A stretch of 53,680 bases of DNA from Alphaproteobacteria bacterium (lineage in GTDB: Bacteria > Pseudomonadota > Alphaproteobacteria > JAJTHO01 > CANGYM01): positions 1 to 53,680 of the forward strand of contig CANGYM010000001.1 of assembly GCA_947458145.1 (NCBI GenBank), written 5' to 3'. Positions 47,405 to 53,680 of the stretch are shown one piece after another. The position numbers and the translations under genes were made by a program. A model generated the notes under the pieces. It made no database searches. It saw only the letters and a list, made by a program, of their open reading frames with translations, and had not been told where the DNA came from. How positions within the stretch are numbered: position 1 is the stretch's first letter; every line of letters starts with the position of its first letter.

Positions 47405-47916
47405 AACCCCAACAATGCTTGACGCAAGTCAGGCTCTGACGTGGTTTCGGCCAACCAAATCCCAAAAAACTGTTGGGCAAAGGCCCTGCCTGCGATGGTG
47501 CCGATGGGGGTTTCTCCATCGTAAAAAGAGGTTCCCTGCTCGGGGCTGTACACAGCGGAAAGCACAGACCCTTTTTTGACGTCAGGAAAAATGGCCTGCA
47601 TTTGTTTTTCCCACTCTGCCAGTGTGGCGATTTCATTAAATCCCTGTTTTTTCATCTCTTCGATGGATCGCTGGGCAATATCTGCACCTTTCAGATCGCG
47701 GTAATATTCCATGGACAAGGCAAACGGCCCGCTCGGATCCCACCGCCCTTGCGGGGCATACAGGGTGGCCTGGTAAACATCCCAAAAGGCGAACGAAAGA
47801 ATCCCTTGGCCAACCGTTTTCCCCTGAGGGACGCGCTGTTGAATAAAAGGGGAGGCCGAGGCCACCAAAGACCCCATCATCAAAAACAAGAGCAAAAGTC
47901 CAAAGGATTTAAGCAT
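47401..47916 (-). CDS. Chalcone-isomerase-like (fatty-acid-binding fold) secreted protein
   Basis: The signal peptide MLKSFGLLLLFLMMGSLVASA is followed by ...FWDVYQATLYAP...LSMEYYRDL... The ATG at 47916 overlaps the cfa-like stop (ATGCTTAA). Confidence 0.55.
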   Translation of the reverse strand: MLKSFGLLLLFLMMGSLVASASPFIQQRVPQGKTVGQGILSFAFWDVYQATLYAPQGRWDPSGPFALSMEYYRDLKGADIAQRSIEEMKKQGFNEIATLAEWEKQMQAIFPDVKKGSVLSAVYSPEQGTSFYDGETPIGTIAGRAFAQQFFGIWLAETTSEPDLRQALLGL

Positions 47917-49069
47917 GGCGCAGTTCCCATTGCACAACATCGGTGCGGCCATTGCGAAACGCCGCAATACAGCATGTCAAATAAAACCGCCAAAGGCGAA
48001 TGAATTTATCATCAAAACCCATGGCTTTGATGTCCTTTAGTTTATTTTCAAAATTCATCAGCCAGTGATTTAACGTCACGGCGTAATCTTGGCCAAACGA
48101 AAAGGCATCGGTGATTTTCAGGCCGGCTTTTTCTGTTTCCTCATGAAAACGCCGCGGAGAGGGCAACATCCCCCCAGGAAAAATAAACGTCCGAATGGCA
48201 TCACCACCCTGACGATAACGATGAAAAAAAGCATCCGCAACGGTGATGCTTTGAATCACCGCTTTTCCTTTTTCTGCCAGCAATTCCTTGATTTTTGAAA
48301 AATAAACCGGCCAAAAGGCTTCGCCCACGGCCTCGAACATTTCAATGGACACGATGTGCTGGTAACGGTCTTTTTGGTGCCTGTAATCCTCTAATGCAAT
48401 ATCCGCATTGTTTCCCACCCGCTGACGGGCAAATGCCTGTTGAGCGGGGGAAAGCGTCAGACCCTTAATGGCATAATCCCCCCGTGTCAGGGCGCGTTCC
48501 ACAAACCCCCCCCAGCCGCAGCCAATTTCCAAAACACTGCCCGACGGGTCCAATCGATCCAGAATGCGGTCATATTTATTGGTTTGGGCCTGTTCTAAGG
48601 ATTCCTGTTGATTCTGAAACAACGCCGAAGAATAGGTCATGCTGGGATCCAGCCACAGGGCATAAAAATCATTGCCCAAATCATAATGGGCCTGAATATT
48701 TTTGGAACTGCCGCGCAGCGTGTTGCGATTCAGCAAATACCCGATACGGGATGCCAGACGTCCCCAGATATTGCCAAAGATATACCGCGCCAAGGCATCT
48801 TGGTTTTGCAATCCAAAAAGGAAAAAAGCGCTGGTGTCCGGCGAATCCCAACGTCCATCCCGATAGGTTTCTGCCAACCCGATATCCCCCCGCTGGATCA
48901 TACAGCGGGCGACATTCCAGTCATGCAGCACAAGATAGGCCTCGGCCCCTGATTGCTTCCCCTGAAAATCATGGCGTTGACCATCGGGGGTTTCCACCGT
49001 GATGGCCCCATAATCAATACGGCTGAGGGCACGTAGAAAGGATTGTGTGATATGGCGATCGAGCATCAT
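47909..49069 (-). CDS. Cyclopropane-fatty-acyl-phospholipid synthase-family SAM methyltransferase
   Basis: AHYDLGNDFY, the VLEIGCGWGGF SAM motif, and SIEMFEAVG. Confidence 0.88.
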   Translation of the reverse strand: MMLDRHITQSFLRALSRIDYGAITVETPDGQRHDFQGKQSGAEAYLVLHDWNVARCMIQRGDIGLAETYRDGRWDSPDTSAFFLFGLQNQDALARYIFGNIWGRLASRIGYLLNRNTLRGSSKNIQAHYDLGNDFYALWLDPSMTYSSALFQNQQESLEQAQTNKYDRILDRLDPSGSVLEIGCGWGGFVERALTRGDYAIKGLTLSPAQQAFARQRVGNNADIALEDYRHQKDRYQHIVSIEMFEAVGEAFWPVYFSKIKELLAEKGKAVIQSITVADAFFHRYRQGGDAIRTFIFPGGMLPSPRRFHEETEKAGLKITDAFSFGQDYAVTLNHWLMNFENKLKDIKAMGFDDKFIRLWRFYLTCCIAAFRNGRTDVVQWELRHA

Positions 49070-49174
49070 AAGGACATCACAGTTTATAAAAAGGGTATAA
49101 GAATGTTTTGGGATTTTTTATACCATTTTCTTAAAAACAAGAAATCTTAAAATCGATGGGAGGACATTTCCCCC

Positions 49175-52100
49175 TCAACTCCCCCATCCCCGCACCAGTT
49201 TCACTTTGTGGGGCCATTGCAAAAGAATCGTCTGGTTTTTCCCCACGACACGAAAAAAAAGGGTTGTTTTTCCCCGTTGCAGCGCTTGGGCGGCCTGATG
49301 CCAGCGGGATAAATCCTCGGTCCGGTTGATGGTCACGGTCATTTCGGTGTGGTGAGACAGGGTGCGCTCCTCTAAACTGGCCACATCCCGAACGATCAGG
49401 CGATAACCATTGTCATCATGGCTGAGGGTGGCGCGGATGAGCAGGGGGGCCCCCTCTTCAATCAAGGGGCGGGCGGCGTCAAGGGCCTCTGAAAAACACG
49501 TCACCTCAAAGGATCCCGTCCAGTCCGAGGCCTGCAAAAACGCATACCGATTCCCCTTGGCCGAGCGTTTTTCTTTTTTGGCGGTAATAACCGCCGCCAA
49601 CGTTAATTCACGATCCCCGCCCGCTGCAACCAAATCAGAAATTTGCGCCGCCGTGGTGATATTGAGCATATCCGCAAACGATGCATACCGGTCCAGAGGG
49701 TGCCCCGAAACGTAACACCCCAAGGCTTGGTATTCATACTGCAACAGATCCGCCTGCCGCCACCGCGGCCCAGATTGATCCAATTTTGGGGTGGCGGGGT
49801 GTAAATCCAAATCCCCCAGCAGGGTCATTTGGCCCCCTTCCCTGCCCTGATCTTGGGCATAATCCAACAGCAAAGGAACATTATGATACAAAATATCCCG
49901 CGCAATGCCAAAACCATCCAGCGCCCCTGAGGCCACCAGATTTTCAAGAAAGCGTTTGTTGATCTGGCCCGTCATGCGCTTAAGGAAGTCAAAAATCGTT
50001 GTAAACGGCCCTTGTTCTTCACGGTTTTTGACCACAAAGGCGGAAAATCCTTCCCCCACACCCTTAATGGCGGCCAGGGCGTAACGGATACTGTGGGAAA
50101 GGGTTTGGCCCCCTACCCCCTCCACCTGAAACAACACCCCAGAGTGCTGGACATCTGGCGGCAGAATGGTTAAGCCCGAGGCCACAACGTCCTGTTTAAA
50201 CAGGGCCAGCTTGTCGGTATTGCTGAGTTCATAACTCATGGTGGCTGCCATAAAAATGGCAGGGTAATGGGCTTTCATCCAAGCCGTCTGATAGGCAATG
50301 AGGGCATACGCCGCCGCATGGGATTTGTTAAATCCATAACCGGCAAACTTGGCCATTTGATGAAAAACCTCCGCCGCCTTGGCTTCAGGCACACCTTTGG
50401 TTTTGGCCCCCTGGGTGAAGCGGGCGCACTGTTGATCCATTTCGGATTTGATTTTTTTCCCCATGGCACGACGAAGAAGATCCGCCTCCCCCAAGCTATA
50501 TCCCCCCATGGCTTGGGCAATTTGCATGACCTGTTCCTGATAGATCATCACCCCAAAGGTTTCTTTTAAAATGGGCTCGCACAAGGGGTGCAGATAATCG
50601 GGAATTTCCCGTCCATGTTTACAGGCCACATAACGGGGGATATTGTCCATGGGACCCGGGCGATACAGGGAAACGAGGGCGATGATTTCCTCAAAACGAT
50701 CCGTCTCCATGGTTTTTAAGACCTCGCGCATGCCCGCACTTTCCAGTTGAAACAGGCCCATGGTTTGACCGGTGGCCAGAAGTTCAAAGGTTTTGGCATC
50801 ATTCAGGGGCAGGGCGTTCAGGTCTATATTTTCCCCTGTTTCCCGCGCAATCATTTCACAGCCCAAACGCAAGATGCTGAGGGTTTTCAGACCCAAAAAG
50901 TCAAACTTAACCAGCCCCGCCTGCTCAACATATTTCATACTGTACTGTGTCACCGGCATATCGGATCGGGGATCACGGTAAAGCGGCACCACCTCTTGCA
51001 ACGGTTGATCCCCAATCACAACACCAGCAGCGTGGGTTGAGGCATGACGATATAACCCCTCCAGCTTCAGCGCGATGGTCATCAGATCCTTGGTTTCTTC
51101 GTCGTTTTTCAGGGCTTTCAGGGCGGGCTCACTGCTAATCGCCTCCGCCAAGGTCACAGGATGCGCGGGATTTTGGGGAACCATTTTGCAAATACGGTCC
51201 ACCTGACCATAGGGCAACCCCAAAACACGCCCCACATCGCGCAGCGCCGCGCGGGCCTGCAGCGTTCCAAAGGTGATAATTTGGGCCACACGATCATACC
51301 CATACCGCTGCTGCACATACCGCAGGACCTCGTCCCGACGATCTTGGCAAAAATCAATATCAAAATCGGGCATGGACACCCGCTCGGGATTCAAAAACCG
51401 CTCAAACAGCAAATTCCAGCGCAGGGGGTCCAAATCTGTAATGTTCAAACACCACGCCACCAACGATCCCGCCCCCGATCCCCGACCTGGGCCCACGGGT
51501 ATGCCATGTTCTTTGGCCCATGTTATAAAATCCGAGACAATCAAAAAATATCCGGAAAATCCCATGCTGATGATGACATCCAGCTCATATCTCAGCCGCT
51601 CTTCATAGACCGAAACCACAACGCCAGCCTCTTTGTCTTCCCCCTGTTGGGGACACTCGGTCAGGCGCTTGTTTAGGCCATCTTGCGCTTTTTGGCGGAG
51701 CATTTCGGCCTCGTCCTGCGCAAAGGCTGGCAGCATCGGGCTGCGCTTTGTGGGCATAAAGGCCGTGCGCTGAGCAAAAACGTGGGTGTTGGCCAACGCC
51801 TCTGGCACATCCGCAAACATTTGGGCATAAACCTCGGGCGATTGCAGCGCGTAATCCTCTCGGGAATGTTGGCGATTGGATTCGGCCAACGTCACCCCCG
51901 CCGCCACACACAACAACGCATCATGGGCGGGGGTGTCTGATGGATCCTCAAACATAACCGCCGGAAACGCCAACAACGGGATATTCTGGGCATAGGCCAG
52001 ATCAATCAGGGCCGTATCTTTGGCCGCGTCTTCATGCTGTCGGTCCAAACCGATAAAAAGACGATTGGGAAAAAGCCCCGCGAGTGTTGACAGATGCGAA

Positions 52101-52498
52101 GCATCCCGCAAAACATGGGAAAACACATAACTGCCCGAAAACCCCGTTACAGCCAGAAGATCCTCGGTATGCAGGGCCAGAGTTTCCAGCGACAGCGCAT
52201 CATCCAGATAATACAGCTTCATCAACTGCAATAAATGTTTAAACCCTGTTTCCGTCTGGGCAAACAACGCCAGCACATCGATTTCTTTCCCCACAGGAAT
52301 CGGCAGCAGGCATCCCATAACAGGCTGAATGCCTTTGGGGGCCAGCGTTCCAGAAAAATCCATGGCCCCAAACAAATTGTAACGATCACACATGCCCAGA
52401 GCCGTATAACCATAACGCTGCGCCAGCTCCGCCAAACGCTTAATGGGCAAGGCCCCCTCGGCCAAGGAATACGGGGTGCGAATGTTCAAAGGAAGCAT
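49175..52498 (-). CDS. dnaE: DNA polymerase III alpha subunit
   Basis: A PHP N-domain, the palm GRGSGAGSLVAWCLNITDLDP...PDFDIDF, fingers, a beta-binding region and an OB-fold C-terminus. I chose the ATG at 52496-52498 (MLPLNIRTPYSLAEGA); the track start 52555 overlaps coq7. Confidence 0.96.
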   Translation of the reverse strand: MLPLNIRTPYSLAEGALPIKRLAELAQRYGYTALGMCDRYNLFGAMDFSGTLAPKGIQPVMGCLLPIPVGKEIDVLALFAQTETGFKHLLQLMKLYYLDDALSLETLALHTEDLLAVTGFSGSYVFSHVLRDASHLSTLAGLFPNRLFIGLDRQHEDAAKDTALIDLAYAQNIPLLAFPAVMFEDPSDTPAHDALLCVAAGVTLAESNRQHSREDYALQSPEVYAQMFADVPEALANTHVFAQRTAFMPTKRSPMLPAFAQDEAEMLRQKAQDGLNKRLTECPQQGEDKEAGVVVSVYEERLRYELDVIISMGFSGYFLIVSDFITWAKEHGIPVGPGRGSGAGSLVAWCLNITDLDPLRWNLLFERFLNPERVSMPDFDIDFCQDRRDEVLRYVQQRYGYDRVAQIITFGTLQARAALRDVGRVLGLPYGQVDRICKMVPQNPAHPVTLAEAISSEPALKALKNDEETKDLMTIALKLEGLYRHASTHAAGVVIGDQPLQEVVPLYRDPRSDMPVTQYSMKYVEQAGLVKFDFLGLKTLSILRLGCEMIARETGENIDLNALPLNDAKTFELLATGQTMGLFQLESAGMREVLKTMETDRFEEIIALVSLYRPGPMDNIPRYVACKHGREIPDYLHPLCEPILKETFGVMIYQEQVMQIAQAMGGYSLGEADLLRRAMGKKIKSEMDQQCARFTQGAKTKGVPEAKAAEVFHQMAKFAGYGFNKSHAAAYALIAYQTAWMKAHYPAIFMAATMSYELSNTDKLALFKQDVVASGLTILPPDVQHSGVLFQVEGVGGQTLSHSIRYALAAIKGVGEGFSAFVVKNREEQGPFTTIFDFLKRMTGQINKRFLENLVASGALDGFGIARDILYHNVPLLLDYAQDQGREGGQMTLLGDLDLHPATPKLDQSGPRWRQADLLQYEYQALGCYVSGHPLDRYASFADMLNITTAAQISDLVAAGGDRELTLAAVITAKKEKRSAKGNRYAFLQASDWTGSFEVTCFSEALDAARPLIEEGAPLLIRATLSHDDNGYRLIVRDVASLEERTLSHHTEMTVTINRTEDLSRWHQAAQALQRGKTTLFFRVVGKNQTILLQWPHKVKLVRGWGS

Positions 52499-52532
52499 AA
52501 AAATCAGATCGCCGAAAACAAAACAATCATAG

Positions 52533-53057
52533 CTAAACCCGCTTGGCCAACGCAATGGCCAGACGGGATCCTGTCTGAATCAGGGCGGAAAGCAGGGGAT
52601 AGCCTGGGGCATCTTGGCCGTGGTGGGCAGAGGCGGTGTCGTGGTGTTCCCGCTCTTCCGCCTGAAATTGCACTAAGGTTTCGCGCAAGGGGTCATTAAG
52701 GGGGAGGGCCTGAATTTGTTCCTGATAATGCTGATCAATCACCGTTTCCACCGCCATGGTACAGGCCATAGCGGTTTTCGGCCCCAAGGCTGCGGTAAAC
52801 ATGCCCAGAACCTGACCGGCCCCATACCACAGGGGGGAGAGGGCAGAGGGGCGGACCCTTTCCTGCACACAGGCCTGCTCAAAAAAACGCAAATGGACAG
52901 ATTCCTGATCCAGCATCTCCTGCAAAACAGGGGCGCAATCGTGATGTTTTAAAACCCGCAGCTGACCCTGATAAATGGATCTGGCCCCATACTCGCCGGC
53001 CAAATTCACGCGCAGCATCTGGGCACGTTCTTCAGGAAAAAGGGGTTTAGAGGTCAT
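52533..53057 (-). CDS. coq7: Demethoxyubiquinone hydroxylase, Coq7/CLK-1 di-iron family
   Basis: LRVNLAGEYGARSIYQGQ, ...DQESVHL... and ...QAEEREHHD are the paired ExxH di-iron motifs. The start is 53057, which overlaps the rpoZ stop by 11 nt, or the internal ATG at 53018. Confidence 0.85.
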   Translation of the reverse strand: MTSKPLFPEERAQMLRVNLAGEYGARSIYQGQLRVLKHHDCAPVLQEMLDQESVHLRFFEQACVQERVRPSALSPLWYGAGQVLGMFTAALGPKTAMACTMAVETVIDQHYQEQIQALPLNDPLRETLVQFQAEEREHHDTASAHHGQDAPGYPLLSALIQTGSRLAIALAKRV

Positions 53058-53436
53058 CCTCGGTGCTGTCCGGCAAATCGGCATCGGCTTCGGCGAAGTC
53101 TTCAGCGTTCAAATCATCCGATTCAATCAAAATCGAGGCAGCTCTGGTGGGGGCCTCAGAGTGCTCTCCGGCCAGCAAGGCCTCCAGCTCTTCTTCATCT
53201 TCGGCCAAGGAAATGTTGCGCTGCATGCCACGAATGCAATCCTCGCGCAGGGTGTCCACGGAAACGTTTTGCACACTGATTTCCCGCAAAGCCAAAACAG
53301 GATTTTTGTCATTGTCACGGGGCAAGGTGACCATGCTGCCCGCCGACAAATCCTTGGCACGTTGGGCCGCCAGCATAACCAGCTCAAAGCGGTTAGGAAT
53401 CACATCAATACAATCTTCAACAGTAACGCGGGCCAT
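53047..53436 (-). CDS. rpoZ: RNA polymerase omega subunit with an acidic C-terminal extension
   Basis: MARVTVEDCIDVIPNRFELVMLAAQRAKDL is the canonical omega N-terminus. I chose the ATG at 53434-53436 over the track start 53604. Confidence 0.92.
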   Translation of the reverse strand: MARVTVEDCIDVIPNRFELVMLAAQRAKDLSAGSMVTLPRDNDKNPVLALREISVQNVSVDTLREDCIRGMQRNISLAEDEEELEALLAGEHSEAPTRAASILIESDDLNAEDFAEADADLPDSTEDDL

Positions 53437-53680
53437 AAGGATCTCTAAAAAAATAGGGTATGAAAAAGAAAAAATCTTTTGGTTGCGGCATACTAACGAT
53501 TTTAAAGGCAGATTGTCAATCCTTTGTATCCGTTTGTAGGAGCAACTTGATAATGTCCTCTTTAGCAAATTAAGAATGTCCGCTTTAGGCTTTTGTTTTG
53601 TCATGAAGCGGGGGTTTAGAGATGGTGGGCTTTGGGGTACGCGAGATGGATCGTTGGTCGGTATTGGAGCGGGTTCGCAG

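Noticed and set aside
49070-49174. A sigmaE/ChrR-type promoter (TGATCC-N16-18-TAAGA) upstream of the cfa-like operon, and a 7-bp inverted repeat GGTATAA-N17-TTATACC (49094-49124).
   Set aside because: Two TAAGA pentamers occur on the minus strand, but neither has a TGATCC-like -35 element at the proper spacing. The inverted repeat is AT-rich with a 17-nt loop and could be a weak dnaE terminator. It is not convincing enough to list as a feature.
52441-52498. A degenerate PHP-domain motif at the DnaE N-terminus (LNIRTPYS instead of HLHVHS).
   Set aside because: Loss of one or both histidines in this motif is common in proteobacterial DnaE, including alphaproteobacteria as I recall. It is not evidence of anything unusual.
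53437-53680. A tRNA-like or other RNA gene, or the start of a gene, at the right edge (gcggggg...ggagcgggttcgcag; ATG at 53603).
   Set aside because: The would-be T-loop reads TTCGCAG, with no A58, and no D-arm (AGC..GG..A) can be drawn. The plus-strand ORF from 53603 has only 26 codons before the edge and no recognisable motif. There is not enough sequence to support any call.

Overview
This is a gene-dense 53.7-kb chromosomal segment with about 50 protein genes on both strands. Its signature looks alphaproteobacterial: dnaG-rpoD, RcdA/DUF1465, a ZauP-like coiled-coil gene overlapping zapA, SdhE, Coq7, a 2-Cys DksA, and CTTG..CYTATNT RpoH-type promoters. Most genes are housekeeping. Replication: dnaG, priA, dnaB, dnaE. 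Transcription: rpoD, rpoZ, dksA. Chaperones: groES (partial), dnaK, dnaJ. Translation: efp, rpmB, thrS. Division and shape: mreB, zapA. Metabolism: thiE, hisI, gcvPB, bioA, tal, tkt, coq7. Envelope: lpxL-like, two GT2 enzymes, an MsbA-like ABC exporter, ctpA, dsbB. I recognised no rRNA, tRNA, CRISPR array, transposase, integrase or prophage gene. Conserved operons are fragmented: dnaK and dnaJ are 6.7 kb apart, mreB lacks mreCD, and gcvPB and bioA stand alone. That pattern suggests a rearranged, possibly host-associated genome, but this is inference. Five stretches deserve a second look. (1) 12465-15916 is an AT-rich three-gene module: a tail-anchored protein-kinase-like protein with a dead catalytic loop, a small polytopic membrane protein, and a GtrB/ArnC-like polyprenyl-phosphate glycosyltransferase. 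(2) 21941-23161 holds two diverged paralogous secreted two-cysteine proteins. Their upstream regions share an identical 25-nt block with a TGTGA-N6-TCAC palindrome, and one gene carries a 13-nt poly-G tract in its 5' coding region. (3) 2831-2878 is a (TGATG)x9.6 microsatellite in the divergent control region upstream of dnaG. (4) 30144-31661 is a lone Alg8-like processive glycosyltransferase downstream of ctpA. (5) 42784-49069 is a seven-gene Cfa / flavin-oxidase / DUF1365 lipid-modification cluster arranged convergently. Its plus-strand half sits directly behind dnaJ and an RpoH-type promoter. All family calls come from reading the translations by eye. None has been verified by a database search.
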